DNA of 64,000 bases from NCBI GenBank assembly GCA_965248925.1, contig CBDFLE010000006.1, positions 3,424,001 through 3,488,000 of the forward strand. Direction: 5' to 3'. This document shows positions 27,727-36,161 of the stretch, piece by piece. Positions within the stretch are counted from its first letter, which is position 1. The number at the start of each line of letters is the position of its first letter. Origin of the DNA: Candidatus Multivoradales bacterium. Its GTDB lineage: Bacteria > Acidobacteriota > Thermoanaerobaculia > Multivoradales > J023. The position numbers and the translations under genes were made by a program. Under the pieces are notes generated by a model. That model was not told the origin of the DNA. It was given only the letters and a program-made list of their open reading frames with translations, and searched no databases.

Positions 27727-29208
27727 TCAGCTCGCGGTCTTGGGGCGGGCGAAGTAGAGCTTGCGGCTGCCGCCCAAGATCTCCAAGGTGTCGAGAACTT
27801 GCCAGCGTGCGGTGAGCAGGCGCTCGAAAACTTCAAGTTCGTAGTCCCGATAGATGTCCGGCTTGTTGCGCAGCAGCCGTTTGACCATCGGATCGTTCTT
27901 GGCGACGAACTCGATCACCAACTCGGCGCCGAGCCCGTGCAGCCAGTCGAGGACCTCGCCCAAGGGCAGATGGGCGCTGATCACCAGATGGTGGATCAGC
28001 GCCAGGGCGAGCACTAAATCGGGCTGTCGGCGTTGGTCGAGGGCACGGCGCTCGCGACCGCGCCAGCCGCGGGCCGGCGAGAGGTCGGCAAGGTTGCAAT
28101 AGAGTGGCAAGATGTTGTCGGGACCGTCGGTCGACAGCGCCCGATACATACGCTCTACTGCCAGGTGATCGCCGTCGAGGGCTACCACGTAGTCAGCGTG
28201 GCGAGCGACGATGCGGCTGTAGTCGCCGGTGTTGGCGCCCAGATCCCAGGCCAGCTGCCGCCTTTTACCTGCGGCGGCGCGCTCGACGAAGTCGGCCTTT
28301 TTCCGTCGCTCGGACTCGTCGTAGCTGTTGTCGCTGGCGTAGCCGCCCCATTCCGAGGCGCCGCGCCGCCAGCGCAGCTTGCCGATCAGCCGTTGCAAGC
28401 GGGTGACATTGGCGGTAATGACCTCTTTCTTGAAGGCGGTTTTCTTCAGCTCTGCGCGCACCGACTGATCGCCAGCGGCATTGTGCGCCTGCAACTTGGC
28501 TTGCAGATAGACATCGGCCAAGACTCCGGGGCGCAGGCGGTCGCGGAGTGAGAACAGACGGTTAGCTTGTTCGGGGGTGATGCCATCGATGGCGCCACGC
28601 AGCCAGGGTTGGAAGGGCAAGTCACGGTGGGCGGTGAGTAGCAGCGGGAATAGGAACAGCTGGCAGAACTGCAAATAACCGACCCAGGGCTCGCCGGGTT
28701 GCCAGGGCTCGAAGGAGGCGATGTCGATGAAAGTTGGCCGCCGGCCGACGAATTGGATGTTGTAAGCGCTCGCGTCTTTGAGCGTCAAATCCTCGGCCAG
28801 CGCCTCTCGTAGCAGCTCCAGCTGGAGCAAGGCGCCATCGCGCAGCATGCTGAAACACCACTCGTAGGGATAGGAGAGGAAAGGAATCTTGGCGTGCTCG
28901 AGGACTCCTGTCCAGCGCTCGATGCCCGCCGGGGTGACGGTCTGCAACACCGCCGGGTCGAGTTTGGCTTCGCGGGTCTCGACCAGCTTGCCGGCGGCCA
29001 CCGCGCGGGTGAATAGACCGCTCTTGGCCAGTACCCGCCAAGCCGCCCAGGCGTCGGCGCTCAGCGCTCGGTAGATCTTGTCTTGGTGATGAAAAACCCG
29101 GCCCTGGCGGTCACGGAAGGAACCGCCGTCCAGCTGCGCGCTGCTGGGCTGAGGGGCGCTGGGGCGAGAATCGGTCAATCGGGCACCGTCAGGAGCCAGG
29201 TTCGTCAT
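27727..29208 (-). CDS. NoeA-like protein with C-terminal class I SAM-dependent methyltransferase
   Basis: GSFRDRQGRVF, SYPYEWCFSML, LKDASAYNIQF, FIDIASF; DLGANTG SAM motif; LALALIHHL. Confidence 0.82.
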   Translation of the reverse strand: MTNLAPDGARLTDSRPSAPQPSSAQLDGGSFRDRQGRVFHHQDKIYRALSADAWAAWRVLAKSGLFTRAVAAGKLVETREAKLDPAVLQTVTPAGIERWTGVLEHAKIPFLSYPYEWCFSMLRDGALLQLELLREALAEDLTLKDASAYNIQFVGRRPTFIDIASFEPWQPGEPWVGYLQFCQLFLFPLLLTAHRDLPFQPWLRGAIDGITPEQANRLFSLRDRLRPGVLADVYLQAKLQAHNAAGDQSVRAELKKTAFKKEVITANVTRLQRLIGKLRWRRGASEWGGYASDNSYDESERRKKADFVERAAAGKRRQLAWDLGANTGDYSRIVARHADYVVALDGDHLAVERMYRALSTDGPDNILPLYCNLADLSPARGWRGRERRALDQRRQPDLVLALALIHHLVISAHLPLGEVLDWLHGLGAELVIEFVAKNDPMVKRLLRNKPDIYRDYELEVFERLLTARWQVLDTLEILGGSRKLYFARPKTAS

Positions 29209-29401
29209 GCTCGGTCTTCTTGATCCCGAATAGGCTCAGTAGCTTGCTCCAATAGAGCTTGAGCAGCACCGCAATTCCAGCGACTCCGCCGAGAATCATC
29301 TGCACCACCATGCTGCCCGACGCTGGATCTAGATAGGCGTGGGCCGAGGGCGCCAGGAGAATCGATAACAGGGCAAAGAGCGTCAGCAAGGGGCGACACA
29401 T
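29189..29401 (-). CDS. Small membrane protein of the 'AYLDPxSGS' type
   Basis: Signal peptide AHA-YLDPASGSMVVQMILGG then TM and basic tail; overlaps start of the NoeA-like gene. Confidence 0.72.
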   Translation of the reverse strand: MCRPLLTLFALLSILLAPSAHAYLDPASGSMVVQMILGGVAGIAVLLKLYWSKLLSLFGIKKTEHDEPGS

Positions 29402-29458
29402 GGGTGGATCTCCAGGCAGCTAGCGAGTTGGGGATGACCAGTTGGGGATAGCGACGGC

Positions 29459-29496
29459 TCGACAGTGGATCGACAGTGGATCGACAGTGGATCGAC
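29459..29496. repeat. 11-bp tandem repeat (TCGACAGTGGA)x3.5
   Basis: Three perfect copies plus TCGAC in the divergent intergenic region. Confidence 0.9.
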
Positions 29497-29600
29497 TGTT
29501 TTTCGGTCTAGTGGTGATCTTCGCACCCGCTGCCAAACGGTGTCAACAAGCCCCGGTGGGTTGGCGCAGAGCCTATAATCCACCCCCTAGGAGGAATCGC

Positions 29601-31265
29601 TTGAATATCTTGGCCGACAACTTGAAGCGCGACGAACGCACCGCCCGCTGGCTGGCGGAGTGGCATGAGGCAATCGATTCCCTGAACGAAGAAGCCGCGA
29701 CCATCCGCCAAGGCGGCGGTGAGCGGCGCCAAGCGCGGCAACAGGCCAAGGGCAAGATGCTGGTGCGCGAGCGGGTGGCGGCAGTGTGCGATGCTGATTC
29801 GACATTTCTCGAACTCGGTCTGTGGGCGGGTTGGGGGATGTACGAAGAGCACGGCGGCGCGCCGGCTGGTGGGGTGGTCGTCGGCCTGGGTCGCATTCAC
29901 GGCCGCGAGGTGATGGTGGTGGCCAACGACGCCACGGTGAAGGCCGGCGCCTGGTTTCCGATCACCTGCAAGAAGATCCTGCGCGCCCAGGAGATCGCTT
30001 TGGAGAACCGGCTGCCGCTGGTCTATTTGGTCGACTCGGCCGGGGTCTACCTGCCATTGCAAGACGAGGTCTTCGCCGACCGCGACCATTTTGGCCGGGT
30101 GTTCTACAACAACGCCCGCCTGTCGGCCGAGGGCATCTTCCAGGTGGCGGCGATCCTCGGCTCCTGCGTTGCCGGCGGTGCTTATCTGCCAGTGATGAGC
30201 GACGAGTCGCATATCGTCGAAGGCACCGGCTCGATCTTCCTCGCCGGCTCCCATCTGGTACGGGCGGCGATCGGCGAGCAGATCGACAATCAAGACCTTG
30301 GTGGCGCCGCAGTGCAGGCCGACATCTCTGGGGTGGTCGATCATCGCCATCCTGACGAGCAGACCTGCCTGGCGGCGGTGCGGCGCAACTTCGAGCGCCT
30401 CGGCGAGGCCGAGCGCGGGCCCTTCGTGCGCCGTGAGCCTTGCGCGCCCCTCTACCCGGTCGAGGAGATCTGCCGGGTGCTGCCGATCGCTCGCTCCCGT
30501 CCCTACGACACCCGCGATCTGCTGGCCCGCTTGCTCGATGGCAGTGAGTTCGACGAGTTCAAAGCGACCTATGGCCAGACCATCGTCTGTGGCACCGGTT
30601 TCATCGATGGCTGGGCGGTCGGGGTGGTGGCCAACCAACGCGCCGTGGTCAAGCGTCGCACCGGTTTGGAAGCGCAAGAGCAGGAGTTGCAGATCGGCGG
30701 CGTGATCTACTCAGACTCCGCCAACAAAGCAGCTCGTTTCGTGCAGCTCTGCAACCAGAAGAAAATTCCTCTGTTGTTCGTCCAAGATGTTACCGGATTC
30801 ATGGTGGGTAGCCGTGCTGAGCGCGGTGGGATTATCAAAGACGGTGCCAAGTTGGTCAACGCGGTGGCCAACTCGGTGGTGCCCAAAATCACCTTATTCG
30901 TCGGCAACTCCTACGGCGCCGGCAACTACGCCATGTGCGGCAAAGCCTTCGGTGCGCGCTTCCTCTACGCCTGGCCGTCGGCGGCGATCGCGGTGATGGG
31001 TGGTGCGCAGGCTTCGAAAACCTTGCTCGGTATTCAACTCAAGAATCGCGGCGACGAGGTGACCGAAGGCGAGAAGCAGGCACTGCTAGAGCGCATCCAA
31101 AGCCGCTTTGCCGAGGCCGCCCAGGCCCGCTACGCCGCCAGCCGGCTGTGGATCGACGACATCATCCGCCCCCAGGACACCCGCCAAGTGCTAGCTCGCA
31201 GCTTGGCAGCGGTGGCCGCCAACTCCCGCCTGGCGGATTTCAAGACCGGCGTCTTGCAGACCTGA
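29601..31265 (+). CDS. Acyl-CoA carboxylase carboxyltransferase beta subunit (methylcrotonyl-CoA carboxylase-like)
   Basis: ANDATVKAGAWFP, GSCVAGGAYLP, DVTGFMVG, SYGAGNYAMCG; AGGAGGA RBS before TTG 29601 and TATAAT at 29574. Confidence 0.92.
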   Translation: MNILADNLKRDERTARWLAEWHEAIDSLNEEAATIRQGGGERRQARQQAKGKMLVRERVAAVCDADSTFLELGLWAGWGMYEEHGGAPAGGVVVGLGRIHGREVMVVANDATVKAGAWFPITCKKILRAQEIALENRLPLVYLVDSAGVYLPLQDEVFADRDHFGRVFYNNARLSAEGIFQVAAILGSCVAGGAYLPVMSDESHIVEGTGSIFLAGSHLVRAAIGEQIDNQDLGGAAVQADISGVVDHRHPDEQTCLAAVRRNFERLGEAERGPFVRREPCAPLYPVEEICRVLPIARSRPYDTRDLLARLLDGSEFDEFKATYGQTIVCGTGFIDGWAVGVVANQRAVVKRRTGLEAQEQELQIGGVIYSDSANKAARFVQLCNQKKIPLLFVQDVTGFMVGSRAERGGIIKDGAKLVNAVANSVVPKITLFVGNSYGAGNYAMCGKAFGARFLYAWPSAAIAVMGGAQASKTLLGIQLKNRGDEVTEGEKQALLERIQSRFAEAAQARYAASRLWIDDIIRPQDTRQVLARSLAAVAANSRLADFKTGVLQT

Positions 31266-31289
31266 TTCGGATCAGAGCCCCGAAAGACC

Positions 31290-31847
31290 GTGAACAAGAA
31301 CTTTCAGAAGGTCACGAAAGTGGAAGGCGCTCGGTGCCAGTTGGAGACCGCGGCGCAGTTGTTCTTTGACTCTGGAGACCTGCTTTCAATTCACACTCTT
31401 GTGGGAGCCGCTTCGGGAGTGCTTCAGGATATTGCGACACAGCGCCAACTAGAGCCACTTCTACTCGATAAGCTCGTCGGAGACCTTCCGGGTGCGCTAC
31501 AAGGGGAAGTGCGGCGGGCTCTGAGATCTCAGCAGAACTTCTTGAAGCATGCGGATAAGGACGGAGAAGATAGTAGTTTTGATTTTTCGAAGGGCATCAC
31601 TCCGATAATGCTTTTTAACGCAATTGCGGATCTAGAGAGAAGTGACGATGATATATCTCTTGTTCTCAGAGCTTTTAAATATTGGTTTTGTGTCAACAAC
31701 TATAAGGGAGGTGTTTTATCGTATTCTAAATCCTGGATCGATTGCTTCGACTTGAAATTCGGAAACTTGCACAGTTTGTCGAAGAGAGAATTCTTAGAGG
31801 GGTTCTTGGACCACAGTCAGCCAGGAGATGGCAAGGTGTCCACTTGA
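31290..31847 (+). CDS. Hypothetical protein, AT-rich (probably foreign)
   Basis: 185-aa ORF, visibly lower GC; motif KVEGARCQLETAAQLFF..D.LSIHTLVGAA and QNFLKHADKD. Confidence 0.72.
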   Translation: MNKNFQKVTKVEGARCQLETAAQLFFDSGDLLSIHTLVGAASGVLQDIATQRQLEPLLLDKLVGDLPGALQGEVRRALRSQQNFLKHADKDGEDSSFDFSKGITPIMLFNAIADLERSDDDISLVLRAFKYWFCVNNYKGGVLSYSKSWIDCFDLKFGNLHSLSKREFLEGFLDHSQPGDGKVST

Positions 31848-31906
31848 GCGGTTCGCCGAGTTCGCTCAGGATGAGCGATGGTAAGGACAAAGATACTATT
31901 AAAGCC

Positions 31907-32251
31907 TCATGCTTCTTGCGCCACCTCCGGCGCAGAACCTTCGACCCACCGCCGCCAGCTGAACTTGACATCTTCGAGGATGTAGTAAGCCGCCAGCACC
32001 AGCAGTACGACGAAGGTGAAGAAGAGCAAGCCGAAGGCGATGGATGTGTCCATCGGGATCCGGAACTGAGCCTCGACGCGCTTCTCGAGCAGCAGCGGCA
32101 CGATGCCGACGAAGGCGGTCAGGACGATCGGCCGGAAGCGTTTTTTGCTGGCGTCGCGAATGGCGCTGGCCAACGGTGAGCCGCACGGGTAGGCGAGGTT
32201 GACGAAATCGACCATCACCAAGCTGTCGTTGACTACTACGCCGGTGAAAGC
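31907..32251 (-). pseudogene. Orphan 3' end of RND permease gene (diverged copy of 51146-51502)
   Basis: AFTGVVVNDSLVMVDFVN...AIRDASKKRFRPIVLT...YYILEDVKFSWRRWVEG aligns with the C-terminus of the 51146-54331 protein with a 3-codon deletion; no upstream gene body. Confidence 0.9.
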
Positions 32252-32277
32252 GGGCCGTGCTACTCACCGCGGACCAC

Positions 32278-32568
32278 CTACTTCGCGCCGAGGGCTCTGC
32301 TCTCGATCGCTCTGGCCAAAGAAAAGTGCCCTTCAGTCAGCTCAGAGGCTGAATCGCCGGGCAGCCGCGGACTCAGCGAGTCGTTCTTCAGGTGCAGCTC
32401 GATCGGCAGCTGCTGGTGTTCCGCCAGCTCCAGGCTTTCGCGCAGGAAGCGGACGGTTGCGGCCGAATCGACAAAGCGGTAATGACGAACGATGGCTTGC
32501 TCCGTCGCGGCAGACTGGCGCCAGTGGATCAGGCTCTTGAGGCCGAGTTGAATGCGTTCGGGTTTCAT
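32278..32568 (-). CDS. Pterin-4a-carbinolamine dehydratase (PCD/DCoH)-like protein lacking the HHP catalytic motif
   Basis: W...AIVRHYRF...FL...ELAEHQQLP...LTEGHFSLARAIE; RBS AAGGAGG before ATG 32568. Confidence 0.7.
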   Translation of the reverse strand: MKPERIQLGLKSLIHWRQSAATEQAIVRHYRFVDSAATVRFLRESLELAEHQQLPIELHLKNDSLSPRLPGDSASELTEGHFSLARAIESRALGAK

Positions 32569-32815
32569 CGCGATCCCTCCTTCGAGGTGAGAGTGCCTAT
32601 TCCGACGAAACTGACCAGCCATTCCGATCGAAACCGACCACTTGTCGGAGCGAAGCGACGCTGGCGCTCTCCTCAGTTGTAAGTGTCCACTTTCGCTGTA
32701 GCTGGAGCCCTCCTTCCGGCTCTTCTTCTTGATTGATTGTATTCAAATAACCCGTCGTCGGGGCTGTGCGTAGCTGTGGGAAACGCAGGTTGGGGGGCAG
32801 GGGGGCGTTTTCCAA

Positions 32816-32852
32816 GCGGTTGTGGGAATCGCAGAGCGATTTCCACAACCGC
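32816..32852. other. Strong hairpin within the IS21 non-coding region downstream of istB
   Basis: GCGGTTGTGGGAATCGC-AGA-GCGATTTCCACAACCGC, 17-bp arms, one mismatch. Confidence 0.75.
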
Positions 32853-32948
32853 GGCAGCTTCCACAGTCCATCTTGGGTCGGGTCCGGATCGGGCCGCAGG
32901 CCCGCTGATGGGTCAGGATCGGCGATCGCTTCAGCATGCTCTTGGATC

Positions 32949-33713
32949 TCACCTTGCCTCTCGCTGGGCGGCCTTGCGAATACCGCCGGCTCTCTTCGCC
33001 CGCATGGAGTCACCGTCCACCGCGAGCTTGTAGGCGCCGTGGACAATGCGATCGAGGATGGCGTCGGCCAAGGTCGGATCGCCGATGACCTCGTACCAGC
33101 TCTCAACCGGTAGCTGGGAGGTCACCAGCGTGGAGCGGTTGCCGTAGCGGTCCTCAAGAATCTCGAGCAGGTCGCGCCGCTCGCTGGCCCCGATCGGCGC
33201 CAGCCCCCAGTCGTCGAGGATGAGCAGGTCTGTGCGAGCATAGCTCTTGAGCAGCTTCTCGTAGCTACCATCACCCCGCGCGATGGCGAGCTGGCGAAAC
33301 AGCCTCGGCACCCGCAGGTACAAAGCGGTGTAACCCTCCCGACATGCCTTGTGCGCGAAGGCGCAGGCGAGAAAGGTCTTGCCCACCCCGGCCTTGCCGG
33401 TGATCAGCACGTTGAGATGCTCGGCGATCCACTGGCACGAGGCCAGGCGCAGGATCTGGCCTTTGTCCAGGCCCCTCTTGGCTCGCCAGTCGATGTCTTC
33501 GATGGCCGCCTGCTCGCGCAGCTTGGCTTTTCGCAACCGCGCTATCAAGCGGCGGCTGGATCGCTCGGTCGCTTCGCGCTCGACCAGCAGCCCGAGGCGC
33601 TCTTCGAAGGAGAGCTCTGAGACATCGACCATCGACAGCTGCTCCTCAAAGGCTTTGGCCATACCGTGGAGCTTGAGCGCGGCGAGTTGATCGAGCGTCG
33701 CGTGCCTCAGCAT
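32949..33713 (-). CDS. istB: IS21 helper ATPase IstB
   Basis: Starts MLRHATLDQL overlapping istA stop; GKAGVGKT, LLILDDWG, TSQLP, ADAILDRIVH. Confidence 0.95.
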   Translation of the reverse strand: MLRHATLDQLAALKLHGMAKAFEEQLSMVDVSELSFEERLGLLVEREATERSSRRLIARLRKAKLREQAAIEDIDWRAKRGLDKGQILRLASCQWIAEHLNVLITGKAGVGKTFLACAFAHKACREGYTALYLRVPRLFRQLAIARGDGSYEKLLKSYARTDLLILDDWGLAPIGASERRDLLEILEDRYGNRSTLVTSQLPVESWYEVIGDPTLADAILDRIVHGAYKLAVDGDSMRAKRAGGIRKAAQREAR

Positions 33714-35281
33714 GGCGGCGTCTCCTCGCGGCGCGCGGCACTGTAGTAGCTGGCGCCGCGGACGTTGCGGTGCTCGATCGGCGCCGTCACTTCGGTGGGC
33801 TCGGGCGCTGCTTGCTGGTCCAGGCCGCTCTTCAGGATCGACTTCACGCTCTTGTAGGACAGGCCGTGAATGGCGAGCGCGCGGCGGCACGCAGCCTCCA
33901 AACGATTGGCACCATAGGTCTTGCCCAGGCGCATCAGCCCCAGACACGAGCGAAAGCCGTGCTGAGGATGGGAGCGGTTAAGCATGATGGTCTCCACCAG
34001 TTCGGCCGTCGCCTGGCCTGTTTTCGCCGCCCAGCTGATCAGCCGTGTCGGTGTCCACTCCAGGTACGCCTGGTGCGCTTTGGGCATGTGCTCGCTCTGG
34101 GTCGTGTGCCGACCCCGACACCGATTGCGACGATGAGCAGCCACACGCTTGCCGCGATCGAGCACCTCCACCAGTTGCGCCGTCGCCCGCAGATCGAGCT
34201 GCTTCTTGATCAGCTGGTACGGCACACTGTAATAGTGGCCCTCGAACTCGACGTGGTAGTCCGGGGCAACGCGTACCTTCTTCCATTCGGCAAGCTCGTA
34301 GGGCTGGAGCGGCAAAGCACCCAGAGCAGGACGATCGACCTGCTCGAACAGCGCTCGGCGCGAGACGCCCAACACCTTCAGCGGACGGTCGTTAAGCTCG
34401 ACCAGAAGCTTCGCGATGCTCTCGTTGAGCTCTCGCAGGCTGAAGAACTGCTGGTTACGCAGCCGGGCCAGAATCCAGCGCTCCACTTGCAATACACCGT
34501 TTTCGACCTTCGCCTTGTCTTGGGGCTTCCTCACCCGCGCCGGCACCACCGCCACGCCGTAGTGCTCGGCCAACTCCGCGTAGGTGCGATTGATCTCCGG
34601 CTCGTAGCGGCACGGGCTGGTCACGCCGCTCTTCAGATTGTCCGGCACCACCAGCTCGCTCACCCCGCCCAGAGCCGCGAAGGTCCGCACATGAGAGCCG
34701 ATCCAGTCCTCCAGGCCCTGGCTCCACGTTGATTCGGCATAGGTGTAGTTGCTCGCCCCCAGCACCGCCACGAAGATCTGCGCTTCGCGCGCTTTGCCAG
34801 TCGCCGGGTCGATCACCCTCACGGTCTGTCCGGCATAGTCGACGAACAGCTTCTCGCCCGCCCGGTAGGCTTGGCGCAGGCACACATCCAGGCGCCCTTC
34901 CCAGATCCGGTACAGCTGACAGAAGCGGCTGAGACCGTAGCCGTCAGGATGGTCCTCCCGGTACTCCTGCCACAGCAGCGACAGGGTTACGCACTTCTTC
35001 TTCAGCTCGCCATGCACCTTGGTCCAGTCGGGCAAGGCTCGCTGACCACCCCTCCGAAGCGGCTGCGGCCGAGGGTACAGGCGTTGCTCCAGCTCAGCGT
35101 CGCTCAAAGCTGCTACTTGCTCCCAGCTCAGGCCTTCAACCTTGGCTCGCAGCAGGTAGTTGCACACCGTCACGTGGCCCAGCCGAACCGACCGTCCGAT
35201 CTGGCGGTGCGACAGGCCATGCTGCCATTTCAGTCTCAGTACCTCGCGTATCTTGCGCATCGATGTCCTCACTCTCGGCAT
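33707..35281 (-). CDS. istA: IS21 transposase IstA
   Basis: N-terminal HTH MRKIREVLRL; DDE motifs FVDYAG, VPDNLKS, PQDKAKVE; YYSVPY. Confidence 0.95.
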   Translation of the reverse strand: MPRVRTSMRKIREVLRLKWQHGLSHRQIGRSVRLGHVTVCNYLLRAKVEGLSWEQVAALSDAELEQRLYPRPQPLRRGGQRALPDWTKVHGELKKKCVTLSLLWQEYREDHPDGYGLSRFCQLYRIWEGRLDVCLRQAYRAGEKLFVDYAGQTVRVIDPATGKAREAQIFVAVLGASNYTYAESTWSQGLEDWIGSHVRTFAALGGVSELVVPDNLKSGVTSPCRYEPEINRTYAELAEHYGVAVVPARVRKPQDKAKVENGVLQVERWILARLRNQQFFSLRELNESIAKLLVELNDRPLKVLGVSRRALFEQVDRPALGALPLQPYELAEWKKVRVAPDYHVEFEGHYYSVPYQLIKKQLDLRATAQLVEVLDRGKRVAAHRRNRCRGRHTTQSEHMPKAHQAYLEWTPTRLISWAAKTGQATAELVETIMLNRSHPQHGFRSCLGLMRLGKTYGANRLEAACRRALAIHGLSYKSVKSILKSGLDQQAAPEPTEVTAPIEHRNVRGASYYSAARREETPPC

Positions 35282-35401
35282 CCAATCCTCCTTTCAAGGA
35301 GGCTGGAATACCCCAATTGTGAGGAGCGCGCTACCGTCGAACTCCGCCGTGGCCAGGATTCCGATCCAATCTGACCACCCATTCCGATCGACCCGGAAAA
35401 G

Positions 35402-35495
35402 TGGTCACTTTCGATCGGAATCGATGGTCAGATTCCGTTGGAATCACTGGTCACTTTCAATCGGAATCGGTGGTCGGATTCCGTCGGTGCAGGCA
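35402..35495. repeat. IS21 subterminal 23-bp transposase-binding repeats (x4)
   Basis: TGGTCA.TT.C..T.GGAATC-like units starting at 35402, 35425, 35448, 35471; inverted partial units at about 35357-35392. Confidence 0.85.
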
Positions 35496-35593
35496 GTGAG
35501 AGATAGAAAAAGTACCTCCGGACCGGCGACAGCAATCTCCAGCCCGGAGGGGGGAGGGACGCGGGCACCCACCTTCAGTAGTTGCCCGCTCCC

Positions 35594-35866
35594 TCAAGAG
35601 GGATCGAGGGACCGCGCGAACTCAATCTCCTTCGCATCGACCTGGACCGCCACCCGCGAACCACAGACAACGATGCCCGGCAGCAGGCCGGCCCGCTCGC
35701 CGAGGAACGACACCAACTCGACAAAATCCAGCGCTTCGCGCCAGCTGATGAAGGCGTAGTACTTGTGAATGAACGCCTCATCCCGTGCCGTGCGAAACCA
35801 GCCGGGAGGGGGGTTGGGAACTGGAGTTGAGCTGGAGGTCTTGCATGGCGATCTCGGCGTCAACAA
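35594..35866 (-). CDS. Second degenerate PCD/DCoH-like protein
   Basis: PPGW...FIHKYYAFISWREALDFVELVSFLGERAGLLPGIVV...EIEFARSLD follows the PCD pattern; start uncertain. Confidence 0.55.
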   Translation of the reverse strand: MLTPRSPCKTSSSTPVPNPPPGWFRTARDEAFIHKYYAFISWREALDFVELVSFLGERAGLLPGIVVCGSRVAVQVDAKEIEFARSLDPS

Positions 35867-36161
35867 CCGGCCTTGAACGGCGGTCGTTCTTGCTGTCGAA
35901 ATCCTCTGCTGTGGCGCCGCCTGAGTCAGCGGAGACTCTTTCCCAAGGTGGCCGTCAGCATTGGGAGTACCGGAATCCCAGGCTTCACTCCTGTGACCTA
36001 GATCGCAGTTTGAAGTCGCAATCTGGCTGCCCCCTTCTCATTTTGGCAGCGCAATGTGGCGCTTGAGTCGCCAGGGTTCCCCCAACCGGGTCGGACAATC
36101 GGGTCATGCGGACTCGGTTTGTGCCAACCGGTAGAAGGAGTTAACTATGGGGAATTCAACT

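Larger units (their letters stand above)
32594..35495 (-). mobile_element. Complete IS21-family insertion sequence (2902 bp)
   Basis: Ends TGCCTATTCCGACGAAACTGACCA / TGCCTGCACCGACGGAATCCGACCA (reverse complement), istA-istB inside, 7-bp direct repeat GTGAGAG at 32587-32593 and 35496-35502. Confidence 0.95.

Noticed and set aside
29442-29600. N-terminal extension of the carboxylase through the tandem repeat
   Set aside because: Strong RBS and -10 box point to TTG 29601.
33714-33947. N-terminal extension of istB in the ORF track
   Set aside because: Overlaps istA; the real start is ATG 33713 coupled to the istA stop.
35357-35495. Regular 23-bp repeats resembling a mini-CRISPR
   Set aside because: Units are contiguous without unique spacers, match the other IS end and are standard IS21 transposase-binding repeats; no cas genes.
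36018-36032. Minus-strand GGGCAGCCAGATTGC as a sigma-54 promoter for the PCD-like pair
   Set aside because: Spacing fits but the conserved T before GG is missing and nothing else supports it.
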